From NCBI GenBank assembly GCA_965649825.1, contig OZ287699.1, forward strand, positions 772,377 to 836,376: a DNA stretch of 64,000 bases, in the 5' to 3' direction. A program made the position numbers and the translations under genes. The notes under the pieces are model-generated. The model was not told where the DNA came from and made no database searches. It saw only the letters and a list, made by a program, of their open reading frames with translations. Position 1 is the first letter of the stretch. Every line of letters begins with the position of its first letter. Below, in pieces: positions 37,445 through 50,594 of the stretch. This DNA comes from Penicillus capitatus. Lineage: Eukaryota; Plantae; Chlorophyta.

Positions 37445-39719
37445 ATGGAGTCGGGCTTCGTTGCCGTCGGAGCTGCGGCTGTCGCGTACTATGTCTATAA
37501 GCAGACACGCAGGGACTCGCCAGTCTCGACGGTCGAAACGCACCGACACGTCGAACAGGCTCCACGAAACTGGACAGGGGAACTGTATCTTTTTGCCGAG
37601 GCCTTGCGGTCTCACTCTTTCTGGCAGCATCTCACACTTATGTCCATCTATATGTTACAGATATCTCTACTTGGAGTATATCACACACTGGCAGACGGCA
37701 GATTTGTTCATTGGACTCTTTTATTTGGCCCGGCAAGGCATTCGAGATTATCCTGCAGCCGAAGTGGTGACCAACGGAAAGCGTGTTCATCCCAAAGGCC
37801 TGGAAAGACCTGCTGCCATTGAACTCAAAGTGTGACTGTCGCTTATGACTTAGTATCATCTCAGCTCTCATTTATATAGAATAAGTTCGAGATCATGTAT
37901 CGTTTATTGATTTACAGTCAGAAGCTTAGAAACACCTCCGTGGAAATCCCCATTGAAGAATGGGTGGATCTAGAGCTCAGTAAGGATACTGATGGATAAG
38001 TGGTTTTTGCCAAGGGTGGTGTCGTGGAGGTGCGACTGATTTTGTAGTTTATCGACCAAAAGCCTCCGTTCTGTGTCCTGCCTACATCATTGTACGAGAT
38101 CCCATTCTGCATTCCTTTGTTCTGGCCATTCGGGGTACCCATACCACCAGAGACATCTTCACCTCTCTGTCAGGAGCGGCGAAGCCTCATCATTACGTGG
38201 ATCAACATGGGCTGGTATTGGGGTATTCCCATTTTGGTATGCTGGCTGGAGCTCGGTGGATCTTTAAGCACTGCAAAGACGTCCTTCTTGCTGCGCATGA
38301 AGCACAACCAGATTATAAGCTGCTGGTTACGGGACACTCGATGGGTGGCGGAGCTGCAGCGATGTTGACCATGATGTTCCGGGAACAGCTTTCGCACTTC
38401 TGCGATGCTGAGTGCTACACCTTTGCCTGTCCTGGCTGCATGACTCTCGAACTTGCAGAATCTTGTGCTCCCTATGTCAACACCCTCATCTACGGTATGT
38501 GTGTCGCCTATTTTGGCAATCTGTGATGAGTATCAGATCAACAGGTACAGATGTGGTGCCGACCATCAGTCCTGGCGCTGGCGATCTGTTGAGGGAAGAA
38601 GTGGAAAAGTCTTCATGGGTCACATCCTTCAAGCAAGACATCAGGTCTGTCCAGTGCCTTCGTTCCATTGACGAGAATCGCCAAATCGCGGCAGGTCTTC
38701 TCCCTTCGTGCAGACAATTGAAAGTCGAGTGAAGGGTATGTATCGATCGGCATCCTCATGGACGCTGCGTCAAGCAAAGACAGTGTCGAATCTAACAACG
38801 AGTTGTGTCCGGCCACGAGACTATCACACGAGCCTGTCAATGAGCAACCTACAGGAGGCGCAATTATCGACGAGTCTCACTGATGAGTGCTCGAAGGACA
38901 CCGATCAAGAAAACAACGCCGAGATTGATAGAGAACGGGAAAAGACAGCTAGCTGCAGCAGCCAACAGAGACCCGCTCTTTCTTCAAGGACCGATGTGAA
39001 TGCAAAAGGCTCTCTTGTATCGGACATGTGGTCCAAACTCTCTTATTTCTCCTGGAATCGCAGAATTTCAGATGTCAGTTCAGCCAGCAACAGTAACCTC
39101 TCTTTTGTCTCTCTCGGTGACATGTATTGAGCAATAAGAGCAGGATGTGCTACCGTGGAGGATGCAGAGGAAGATGTAGAGGGCGTCTTCAATGCGCAAG
39201 GCATTGAAGGTACGAGTGGCGGCTCTTATTGGATCACATGTATGATCCATGTACATTGCGGTGTATAGACGATGGAGAATGCGAAGAGAGAGAAGCCTCG
39301 ACATCCAATTGTACTCAATCCAATCCAAAACGATTGCTCTATCCGGCAGGAAAGATCTATCACCTTGTGCCAGAGTATATTCTGAAGGCCGATTCTTCAC
39401 CTGAAGAGCACCGTGATGTCGCATCGGAAGCAACGTCATCCTCGGAGCGCGAATCCTGGTTACACAATACGATCCGTGGGATTCTTTTTCTAAAGGCGGT
39501 GTTCTGTTCAGGTACCATCCCTCTGGCCAGAATGACGTGGACAATGAAGACAGCGCTTTTGTCCTCTTTTCGGAGATTCCGCATCAGGCATACGGCAGGA
39601 TACGTGTATGTCGGTCAATGGTGATGGATCATTTTGTTCCTCGGTACAAGACTGCTCTACGTTCGACAATCCAAGAGCTCCATTCAGCATTGGAGGGATC
39701 CACAATTCATGATATCTAA
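37445..39719 (+). CDS. Class-3 lipase (alpha/beta hydrolase, DAG-lipase-like)
   Basis: LLVTGHSMGGGAAAML (GxSxG); CYTFACPGCMTLELA; DVVPTIS; LYPAGKIYHLV; MVMDHFVPRY. Confidence 0.85.
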
Positions 39720-39847
39720 CTCTCGTGGCAGTGCCCTCAACTCCATACCCGTGTCTTCGAATGCTGCTGGACACTATTCAACATAGAAATTGAAATAGAG
39801 CGACGGTTCTGAGGCGTAAGATGTTAGTAGAGAGACGTCCATGCAAA

Positions 39848-41696
39848 CTACATGTGTAATCTGACAGAAACGGCGCGCTTATGAGCTTCTAATGTCTCGA
39901 CCTCAGCCATCTTCTCCACAATGGGACCTAAACGCTCAAGTCCAGTTCGACTGAGCCTCTGCACAGTGATCTTCTTTAGGAACGAATCCAGGGAGACCCC
40001 ACTGTACATCCGAGCGCAACCATAAGTCGGCAAGACGTGATTTGTGCCTGGAACAACAATATGAACACGAGAACAGCTTCATCAGAAGCAGCTGTGTCAT
40101 ACCGCTCGCATAGTCCCCAACGCTTTCGGGCGTATATCTGCCTAGGAAAACGGATCCCGCATTCATAATTCCTGGGATGTACGAATCAGCATCCTGCGTG
40201 TTGATGATTAGGTGCTCAGGAGCATAGGCGTTGGAAAATTCGAGTGCTTCAGCTCTATCTTGAACTCGAATAATCTTGGAGTTCTCCAAGGATTTCTTTG
40301 TCATAGCAGCACGGGGCAATGTCGCCAGTTGTTCGTCAATGGCCGTTTGCAAGGCATCCAGATCCACAGAAGGTAATGCAACGAGGACGACTTGCGAATC
40401 TGGCCCATGCTCTGCCTGTCCCCAAACACATTGATGTGGAGATGGTCACATGGGTGTCACCTGCGACAGCAGATCACAGGCCACATGTGTCACATCAGCA
40501 TCTCCATCTGCGATGACGAGGACTTCTGAAGGCCCTGCTGGCATATCAATGGAGACGAGTGCTTCACTGTTTTGAAGATACATCTTGGCTGCTGTAACGT
40601 ATTGATTACCTGGCCCGAAGAGTTTGTCCACCTTTGGACACGATTCGGTTCCCCAGGCCATAGCCCCAACAGCCTAGAGGGTGACATTTGGTTGAGACAG
40701 CCGGAGAAAGCATAGAGTGTTCACTTGTGCACCGCCGGCTTTGAGAACGTGCGTTGCACCTGCCAGTTTTGCACAGTACAGGACTTCTGCAGCTATGGTG
40801 CCATCCAACGCAGGCGGCGTTGCCAAAACAATGGTCCGACATCCTGCAGTTTGCAAAGACGACGATGCCCGATTCTTGCTAGAGTCTTGACCAGTTACCT
40901 GCAATTTTGGCAGGGACTGTTAGCATGAGAGCACTGGATGGTAAAACAGCTGTTCCGCCGGGCACATAGACTCCCACAGATTCTAGAAGATGATGAGATG
41001 TGGACGGCAATGCGTGACAAGGGACATCACCAATAGGCCGGGAAATGCGTTGACAAGTGACGCCCGGCATCGTCTCCACTTCCAGTGTCGGGCTGTTTTG
41101 AGCTTCATGAAATTTCTTGATATTTGCGTATGCCACGTGAAAGGCATACTGCAGGTCGCTCTCCAATTCTGGTATCTCGAGCTCCTGCAGTCCTGATCTC
41201 TATTAGCTTTCTGTCAGGGATCAGATACTTCTCCGCACTTCGATTGGACAGCAAACCCAATCCAGAAGGACAGAATCAAATTTCTTTGTGTATGTCTTTA
41301 CTGCATGATCTCCATTTCGACGGACATCTTCCACGATCGGTCCCACCTGTATTCCGTTTTTGGCCAAACGAGAGGTAGTCACACTACCGTGCGCATAATC
41401 GCCGGGAAATCCTGTCGTGGTCTTTGGCACAAGTCTCGTCGCATTTCGGCCGTTAGGGATGTGAACGGGAACGACTTGAGAGCGACACTCTCTTTTCCGG
41501 AGATAGCTTCACAGCGATCCATTCGCCGTTGCGATCTAAGTCGTTCCCGACGTCGTCTCAAAGGCCCTCCACGGGACGCGTGGCTCCGAGAACACGATTC
41601 CAATCGCAGCGACGCATGCAGTACGCGAGGGATCATTTCGACCGTTCTCACCGTCGCTTTCTTCGGCTGACTGTGTTTGAAACGACATCGAGCCAT
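39848..41696 (-). CDS. hisD: Histidinol dehydrogenase, plastid precursor
   Basis: [19 protein letters not shown]; [13 protein letters not shown]; [15 protein letters not shown]; QAEHGPDS; YAPEHLII; ESVGDYASG. Confidence 0.96.
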
Positions 41697-41885
41697 CCAA
41701 CACTGCCTCGTGACACTCTGAAGAGACAGTCTCGTTTACGTCCTCAAATCGCAAACACTCATACAACACGCGCCTCGCCATTTGATTTGCTCTATAAAAC
41801 CTCGAATTCGTTTGTGCCGAACAACATAACACTCAGAATCCCTCTTGACAACGCGACGCCTTGTCGAACAATTTCAGAACGCGAG

Positions 41886-43091
41886 ATGGCAATTCAAGTG
41901 CGCCGCCTCGGTTTTGAAGCACCATTAGAAAACGCGGACGACTGAAGGCATCATCGGCTGCTTACTATGATGACAGAGTATTGCGGGAGCTGTTTACGAG
42001 CGGAACCAGTGTTGCTGTTGCTTCTGCTGCAACGAATCCGATTGGTAAGAAATGTTCGAGAAGAGACGCGAAATTGATATGGTGCCGTGTTGTGTAGAGG
42101 TCATTAAGGTCCGGCAACAACTCGCTGGATTGACACTCGCAGACGGTTCCCGGGCTCCTGGACTGGTTGCGCCAATGCAATATAAACGCGCCGTCGAAGC
42201 ACTCCGTTTTGTGTTGTAGGTAACGACTGGTACAAGATTGATTCAAAATGAGGGGGTAGTGGCATTGGGACGTGGGTTAAGTGCTAGCATCACGCGTGCG
42301 TCTGTCTATGGAAGTGCGTCAGAATGGATGGCGGCAGTGATGCATGTTGAGATGATGTGACGTTTAGGCGCACGTCTGGGATTATACAGTCCTCTGAAAC
42401 GCGCCCTTGGCGCAGACGGAGATCAATCTGCCATTCTCAAGAAAGCTGCGGCAGGGATTGGGAGCGGATCCATAGCAGCAGCCATCTCCAATCCAATCGA
42501 CCTCATTAAAGTGCCCGTCACATCAACAGTCATGTCCACGGTGGGAGAGATCTGTTTTGTTCCTACAGACACGTCAAATGTCTCCAATGGGTGGAGGGAG
42601 AAATTACTTCGCTGTTCTGAAAGAAGTTCTGGCAACAGAAGGCGTTTCAGGCCTGTGGCAAGGGACCAGTCCCGGTATGATGCGTGCTGCCGTGTTGACA
42701 GCTTCACAGATGGCGACCTACGATGAAGTCAAGCGCAGCATCATTCGTACTTTCCATTGGGGAGACGATGCGCGAACACACTTTGCGACCAGCATGTTGA
42801 CGGGGCTCGTTTGTACGACAGCAACCTCCCCGGTGGATGTGCTGAAGACCAAGATGTTCGTGAACGGGGGACAATATTCTTCAACATTGGCCTGTGCTCG
42901 AGAGCTCTTTATGGCCGAAGGACTCAGGGGGTTCTTTAAAGGTAAGCTTCCCATTCTCCAGACGTCACATCATCTCACATGAGCGATATCTAGGATGGAC
43001 CGCTAATTACATTCGTGTGGGACCAAACACGACCATCACTTTCCTCGTGTTGGAACAATTAAGGGTGTGGGCCGGTCTCGGAAACGTCTAG
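41886..43091 (+). CDS. Mitochondrial carrier (UCP/dicarboxylate/oxoglutarate-like)
   Basis: Px[DE]xxK motifs: TNPI/EVIKVR, SNPIDLIK, SPVDVLKTK; RAAVLTASQMATYD; KG/WTANYIRVGP. 5' end uncertain. Confidence 0.88.
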
Positions 43092-43556
43092 ATTATTTGA
43101 AGCCACATGGCTGCCTTGCATGATTCCTATTGGGATTCGAGTTTTGACTCATCGAACTTCACTCAAGGAATCACATACGCACAGCATTTAATCTTTACCG
43201 TTTCTAGTTAGAGCACCCAAAGCGGGTTTGATATGAAAGTACTCTCGTTCCTAATTACCCTCTTTCTCTCTTTCTAGATCTGTGCTGAAGTCTTGGCGGT
43301 CTTTGCTGGCTTTTATCACATTTAAATCGTCTTATTATTGTTGTTAATCTGATATCTGTTATTGTTCTTCTCAATCTGATTTCTCCTGTTCTGCTTCTAC
43401 TCTTAATGGGAACATGCACAGTGATCCGGCAAAGACGAGTCCATATCTGATACCACAATCCAAAGATTTCGTTGGAAATTACGAATGATGGCATAAACGG
43501 TTCAGTTGTGCAATAACACTGCAAGGCATGGATAAAAAAGTTGGGAAAAGTTCTAT

Positions 43557-45852
43557 GTGTCATGCAACAACAACACCGTCACTGTGAAAGCAAGGTTGTT
43601 CATTCAGAGGGTATTTATTCTAATATGGTTTGCCAACGACGATCTATCCGCCTGCGAGATGAGGCGCGCGTGTATACAGTTCTCGAATCTCCGCTTTGCG
43701 ACAGAACGCTCACCTGTGCTGGCATCGCGTGGGATGGTGGCGAGCACGCAGCCTTTGGCGTCCGAGGCAGGATTACGCATCTTGCGCCAAGGAGGCAACG
43801 CAGCAGATGCAGGCAAGACTCACACTTCGATCACCTCTGAAGCGAACTTCTCTGCGCTTAGCCGTGGCCATGGCTGCCGCTCTGAATGTCACGCAACCTT
43901 GGTCGACGGGTAAGGAAAGATCGTTGTGCAAAACCTTGCATCAAAGATGGATCTCAGGAATTGGAGGAGATGCTTGTGCATTGTACTACAACAGCTCAAG
44001 CAGAAAGGTTGAGAGTTTGAGTGGATTTGGACGATCGGGTGCCGCCTTTACCCGCGAACGCGTGATCGCTGATGGCTTTCAGAACTGTGCAATCCCTGCA
44101 GAGCACGGGTCTGTTGACAAACCAAATGCTCAGAGCAGTTACAAGTGGACTGTAGTTTGGCCGTCATGGTTCCTGGCGCTGTTCAGCTTTTTGACGACGT
44201 TTTGACGCACTGGGGACAGCTATCTTTCAAAGAGGTCTTACAGGATCGATTTCGCCATCAAATCAAGGAATCTGTCGCTGTCAGGTATTGGCTCCGGCCA
44301 TCGAGTTATGCGAGCACGGATTTCCAGTGGCCCCAATGTCCGCCGGTGGATGGAAAAAGGACTTCCATCGACTCAAGGCACGTGGATATTTGGCATAATG
44401 GCGCAAGGAGAAATGCAGATGTGCCTGCAGGGAGAAGGTTGTTCGTGCTACAAGACATCATCTGGTGAACCACCTTTTCCAGGAAAAAGGATGAAGAACT
44501 TGGATCTGGGTCACACTTTTCGACGCATCAGTGAAATGGGCGCCAGAAAAGGGTTTTACGAAGGAGAGATCGCCGAGGCCATCGTTGCAGCGGTGAAGCA
44601 ATTTGGCGGTGTGCTGACGCTCGATGATCTCAAGGCCATCGAATCTGCCCAACCTGTGACACCAACACACACAGCCTACAGAGGCTATCGTGTGTGGGAA
44701 GTGCCTCCTCCTAGTCAGGTAAGCAATCACCATCTAGTGCACCGCACCGCACCGCACCGCCCTACACCTGTTCGTACCTGTCAGGGGATCGTTGTCCTGG
44801 CCGCCCTGAATCATCTGGAAGAGCTGTTGCCGAATGCTTCCTCTGCCACGTGGGGATCGGACCATGTGCTCCATGCACAGATCGAGGCACTGCGTCTGGC
44901 TTTCTTTGATGCTTTGCAGTTCAACGCAGATCCAACGACGACAGAGGTTCCCATCGAGAGTCTGGTCGACAAGGAAGAAGCAGCAAAGCTCAGAGTCACA
45001 CATAGGCTATCTCGACAGGTCGGTCACTCATTTACAACATTCCTGTTAATTAGTCATGATGGTTGGCAGGCTTCAAGTTTGAAACGACGTGCGAATGCTG
45101 GAGATGAAGATGGCATCAAGGATTCGAACACTGTATATTTCTGCGCTGTCGATGCCGACGGAAATGCGTGCTCCTTCATCAACTCCATCTTTGAGGCATT
45201 TGGCACAGGTATTGTACCCGCAGGATGTGGATTTGCCTTGAACAACAGGTCATCACCCTTCTACGTGTTTGCATCTGTCTCACGTTGTCTGTAGAGGATG
45301 TTGCTTTTGCATGTCGGATGCTCATCCAAACTCCATCGGACCATCGAAGCGTCCCTATAATACGATCATACCTGGGATGTGTACTGACGATGAAGGGCAG
45401 CTATTCTGTGCATTTGGTGTCATGGGTGGATTCATGCAGCCTCAGGGTCAACTCCAAGTCTCATCCAGCATTCTGTCGTGCGCGATTGGATGTCATGCTG
45501 TGCAGGTGCTGACGGATCTGATTGATTTCAAGATGGATCCTCAAGCGGCATTGGACGCACCGCGATTCTGCATCACAGGCATCCATTCTTCATTGGGGCC
45601 TAAAACGGTGGAAGAAAGCAGGTGCCAAGACAATCTTCATGATTGGAGACATCTCAAATTTGTGTTCGTAGGGTGAGCATTGAGAATGGTTTCGACAACG
45701 AGGCTATCGAGAAACTGAAAGAGAGAGGCCATAGGGTGACACAAGATCTAAGCTGTTTTTATGGACACGGTCAAATCATTCTCCGCCGTTCCGAAGGCGT
45801 CCTGTGGGGTGGTACAGATCCTCGTGGAGACGGAGTAGTCATGGGATTCTGA
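43557..45852 (+). CDS. GGT: Gamma-glutamyltranspeptidase / glutathione hydrolase
   Basis: RSPVLASRGMVASTQPLASEAG; GGNAADA; SNTVYFCAVDADGNACSFINS (catalytic Thr); KRPYNTIIPGM; FGVMGGFMQPQG; GGTDPRGDG. Start uncertain. Confidence 0.95.
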
Positions 45853-46626
45853 TCGCTTTTTCGTGGTTTGCTCAGTCTTTTTCAAACAGTATCCAGAACG
45901 AAATCCTCTTAAAATTTTCCGATCTATGTTGATCTATGTTGGCTCACCCCTGCGACGCGTTTTGGGGTCGCCACCGTAGCGTTGCTGACACGAAAAAGGA
46001 ACGGGATGTACAACTAAATCGAACAAGTTTTTGCAGGGTAGCCAGCGTCACGTCAGGTATATCGCGAAATAACACCATTCCTTAATGCGCCTTTCCCTGT
46101 GCACTCGAACGCTCTGTGGAGCGCAAATCCTCAATACCGTCATCGGGCGACTCATCTGAGTTCATATTGGCAGAACTGATCAAGGGCTTTACTCAAGTTT
46201 GATCGTGCAGAGAAGGAATCCCTCCGCCAATGATTGCGCCATCGATATACACGGCAGCAAGCGTCACGACTAGAAGAATCTCAGCTATGACTCCTATTCG
46301 TAGCTTTCATTCGCATCCCGATTCCGACTTCGACACCGTTTTGTGTAAACACCACTCGATTTGTCCTCGGAATCTCGGTGTTTGGAGCTCTACAATATAC
46401 TTCTCACGTGGAAGCTATCAGTTTACGGTTTCTTCTTGACAGCACAAAGGTAGTCTCGCCGAACACTTCTTCATACTCGACGACCCACTTTTCCTTTCTT
46501 AGAGAACACTTATGCACAGTCAAAGCGTATCCGTAACGCGTCAACAACACACATTCGACGAGAGTTCTTAGTAACTGCTATGTGTCGATCTTCGATAAAA
46601 GATGTTTCCTCATCTTTGTCGCTGTC

Positions 46627-47497
46627 AACGTCGGCCAGACAGCCGAGTCCGGACCGGTTGAAGGACCGCGCTGGGAAACTCCGTCGGCAGTGCGCAATCA
46701 CATAGCAAGACGAAACGACAGAACAGTTCTCACGTTAAATACCTTGGACCCTGGAACGTCACACAATTATGTAAGCCTCTCGTCTTCTTTACGACAAGGG
46801 CGCAGCCACCGAATTGTCTGATGGCGTGGCGCCACGCGAACGGTTTGCGCGATGCAGCGACCTCTCGCCAAATGGCCCAAGGCGGAGACTGAGGCACTCT
46901 TCACACGGGCGCACCCGCCTTCACGCTGATGCACACTCCGAGGCATTCTGTTTCACCGTTCTGCTGCTTCCCGTTGCGGCTCTGACACTGACAGAATGAG
47001 CGGCGGACAACACAGGAAAAGCGCAGCGGAAGTCTTGTGTCTTGCGCTGTCCAAGGCACGGTCTTCGGTCTCTTCCGAGGCAGCGAGTTCAATCCTCCCC
47101 TGGCGCTGGGCAGCGCTCAGCGACGGTCTCTCGGTCGCGCATCACTCTGGTTGGCGAGTCGGTTCTGCCAAAGGCACTCGGGCGGAGCAGCGCTCAGCAA
47201 CGCTTCGGCGAGTCAGTCCTGTTCGGCACTCGTGCCGGGCAGTGCTCGGTAACACACATGGGTGGACGGCGCAGAGAAACGGGAGACAGACTGCGCCGTG
47301 AGTCGGCGAAAACCAAGCTCTCGTCGCCCGCTCCGAAACCATGTGAACGTCGGCCAGACAGCCAAGTTCGGACCGGATGGCGAACCGTGCAAGGAAACTC
47401 CGTCCGCAAATGTATAATTACATAGTTAAACGAATACAACAGAACAGTTGCCGTGTAAACACTCAGAATGACGTCAGCCCTTCTGTCACGCACTCGT
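46627..47497. repeat. Diverged ~155 bp direct repeat pair (46627-46783 and 47346-47497)
   Basis: Both start aacgtcggccagacagcc-ag-t-cggaccgg and continue ggaaactccgtc...acatag...acagaacagtt...acgtca...ctcgtc. Confidence 0.75.
47019..47112 (+). ncRNA. tRNA-like / Pol III B-box element (possible SINE head)
   Basis: GCGAG-TTCAATC-CTCCC T-arm with B-box; agcgcag / ctggcgct terminal pairing; tccaaggc resembles a tRNA-Leu D-loop end; the rest is non-canonical. Confidence 0.3.
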
Positions 47498-47873
47498 CGA
47501 ACGAACGGGTTGGGAAGCGGTCACGACGAAGGTTTATCGCTTACACAAGACTGTCAACAACTGAATAATCGAGGTTAAATACCCGAGAAACGAACTAACA
47601 AGTCACATCAAGTCTTCCTGGGCCACTCGTTGGTCTACTGCGCGGAGGTGGGCATTACGTAACTGTGACACCTTCCTCATACCATCGTCTGCATGATGAG
47701 CCTCTCGCGCAACGAGCGTCACAATACCCAACAGCGCAGACCAAAAATTCCGGAGCGCGCAGCCCTGAAGTCCTGTGCGCGCACTGCAGCCAACTCGACA
47801 ACGGAGAGGATAACGCCACGGAGCCCTTCCCCTCAGGCGCGCGCTGCCAGGGAGCGAATGACGCAACCTTCTG

Positions 47874-47943
47874 TGTCCCCGTGGGGAATTGAGCCCGACC
47901 CTGCTGGCAAAGCCAAGTATGCTTTCCGCTACACCACGGAGAC
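47874..47943 (-). pseudogene. Degenerate tRNA (Gln-TTG-like) or tRNA-derived SINE head
   Basis: Reverse complement GTCTCCG TG GTGT AGCGGAAA GCAT A CTTGGCTTTGCCAGC AGGG TCGGG CTCAATT CCCCA CGGGGAC A. Acceptor and D stems pair; anticodon loop short by ~2 nt; T54C; 70 nt. Confidence 0.6.
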
Positions 47944-48253
47944 GTTCTGGATGAGGGATGATGCGTGTATGATGTGCACATGTGTGTGTCGACGATTCTC
48001 TCGGATCGTAGAACATCAGCTTCTTCAGACAAAAAAGCCCGAGGCGCCGAAGTCCGCCCACGTTTAAAGCAGTATGGGTATAAAGTGAATTCAAGTCTCG
48101 TGCTGAAATCGGACACTCGCAACTGCGTTTCTCACGAACAGATCGGCGAGCACGAGTCGTCATGGGGACGTATGCAGGGAAGTCGGGCGACAGAGTGGCT
48201 TTTAGAAAACCGGAAGGACTCGAAGAGCAAAGCTTAGGAAGAGTGACGAATAG

Positions 48254-48613
48254 ATGCGACCCAAACTGATACTCCATAGCACTGCCGTACAGCTTCCTAT
48301 TGGTCTAAAAGACCATCGACCTCGTCAGAGAGTTTCTTTGCCGACTCTATTGCTATCGGGATACGCTTTTCCCGACAAGTGTCAGATCGCTGTCTGCACT
48401 GCAGTCGGTCAGTGCTGTATTCAATCTGTTTCGATCATGCATGGAAATGGTGTGATAACTGTCGAAGTGAGGAAGCCGTCTGCCTTCGAGCTAAAATGGG
48501 AGTACAAGAAACTTCTCCACCAGACAAAGCACTTCTCAAATGCGTGGTGATGTCAAGGACTACTTGTTTAACTCGGCATTCGCATTACAACAGTTGTCTC
48601 GGTTGCAAAGAAT
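48254..48613 (+). pseudogene. Inverted, decayed duplicate of the last PBG1 exons plus 3' UTR
   Basis: KCQIAVCTAVG...ELKWEYKKLLHQTKHFSNAW* vs the intact KCQIAVCTAAG...ELKWDYEKFVHPTKHSPNAW*; intron sequence and gtttaactc-gcattcgcatt UTR also retained. Confidence 0.88.
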
Positions 48614-48762
48614 CCTCTCGCTCTTTCGGCGTCACTAGTATACAGCTTGTGCAGCAATAAGACAAATAATCAATGCCCTCACACATTTCACTCGGAGATG
48701 CATGCTCCAGGAATTCTCCATGACAAATAAGAATGAGAATGTTGAATGAAGTACAGCTGGGC

Positions 48763-50594
48763 TTAAGTACGACGCGCCATCTGTTTGTTGAGGAATCTCT
48801 CAGCTGTTAAGAAACAATCATCTAATTCCAATTCGGCATCGATCAATGATTTTCTTTCTAGGACAGATGGGCCTTCGATACCTCGGCCCTCTCCCCTGGG
48901 AGCCGGACCCACTTTGTCAGGGAAGCAACCAATGTCCGGCGTAATTCCTGCGCAAGATCCATCCAGGTGACAGAAGTGAAGGGTAGACAAACCTTTCTGG
49001 TCGATGTCTGTGTAGTCGGGCGTCTGGTAGCGAGCAACAGTGACAAACAGAGCAGAACCATCCTGAAGTTCGAAGACATTCTGAATCTTGCCCTTGCCAA
49101 ATGTGCGGTCTCCTGTGCATTTAGCCAACACATGCATCGTGTTTAGGACGAGGGTATTGGATGATCACGTACCGATGATTTCAGCACGGTGATTGTCACG
49201 CAGAGCACCGGCGAGAATTTCGGAGGCTGAAGCAGAGTCTTCATTAACCAGCACCACCAATGGTTTGTCTGTTTCGGAACTGCCATCCATCAAGTTTATG
49301 TCCTGCTGGGCCACGGCATTGCGTCCTGTTACATGAAAGACGCTGGCTGGACCATCCAGCCAGATCCTCGCAATGTCCAAGCCTGCCTGGACAAGACCAC
49401 CTGGGTTGCTGCGCAGATCCAACACAAAAGCATCCACTCCATCATCTTCCAAATCGGCAACAGCCGTGTGTACGGCCTAGAATGCATGCCAAGAATAGAA
49501 GACTGTCGACAGAACTGCTTCGAGATTTGTTGCCTGTGAAGCTTTGTTGCTGAAGTTTGTGAGTTTAATGTATCCAAGATTCGCACCAGCTTCTTCGATC
49601 TTGCTATAGTATACTGGATTGAGTTCCACCACCTCTCGCTTCATCTGTACGCTCTTGTATTTAATCTTCGGCTTTTCTTCGACTCTGGCCGGGACGCCAG
49701 GAATACCATCCGTTCTGCGAGCGAGCTTAACGGAGACGGTCGTTCCGTTCTTGCCTCTCAAAGACATGGCCGCTTCTTTCCCATCCAATCCACGTGTTGA
49801 TCTACCGTTAATGCTTACCACCTGTCCTCATTTCCATGAACCTCTGGAAACGCTCAGCATAACATCCATTACCTCGTCTCCCGGTAGCACCCCGGCCTTC
49901 TCTGCTGGACTGCCCTGCAGCGGTGCCAGAACGACGATTTTTCCGCTGGAAGGATCCGAAGCGATGAGCAGTCCAACTCCTTGCACTTCGCCGGATGAGC
50001 TCATCCGGAAGGAGGCGTAGTCTCTACAAACACCACCACCTTGCTTCCAAAGATTGGCTGGTCAGATGGCAAGCATCCAGACGGAACGTACTCTGGCAGG
50101 ACGAGTCGGGTATAGGGATCGTCCAAGTCTTTCAGCATGCCTTCGATGCTCTGGTAAGCAGTATCGGCATCTTCCGCGTTGTACGCTTCCATCAAGTAAG
50201 TGCGGAGGTCTTGACGCCAACTATCGCCTGTCTCGTCGACAAAGACTTTATCGACGACATCCCACGCCTCCACGAGAGTCTTCTGCACGGCGAAGACTTC
50301 TGGATTGTTAGATGCCGGAAAGCGCTGAATCTCGGCCATGGCTGGACCCGAACAGAACAGCAGTCCTGCCGTCGCTGTGGCAAACGTCACAGTGCAGAGA
50401 GCCTTCAAAGACTCGCCGACGCTATTTAACACATGTCCGGTTCCCGAATCTCTCTTTTCGGTGGCCTCAAAACACGCTGGTGTCTGACCGGATGCACGAA
50501 TCCTCGACGAATGGGTGCGAGGAATTGAATGCCGTGACGGTCGTCTTCTCAGTGGGCCGAATTGCGCGTTCTGTGGAAACGTACAGCGTCGCAT
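48763..50594 (-). CDS. ctpA: Photosystem II D1 C-terminal processing protease
   Basis: MLKDLDDPYTR; GVGLLI; PDZ region GSPAEKAGVLPGDE; FVLDLRSNPGG; VLVNEDSASASEILAGAL; TFGKGKIQ; VTVARYQTP. Confidence 0.95.

Noticed and set aside
43255-43563. 102 aa ORF in the TC-rich stretch between the carrier and GGT genes
   Set aside because: Low-complexity purine/pyrimidine-skewed sequence, non-ATG start and no motif.
44741-44760. (ACCGC)4 microsatellite
   Set aside because: Short repeat within a GGT intron; no evidence of function.
47693-48067. 124 aa ORF containing PWGIEPDPAGKAKYAFRYTTE
   Set aside because: The WGIEP-type peptide is the typical antisense translation of a tRNA T-arm; explained by the tRNA-like sequence at 47874-47943.
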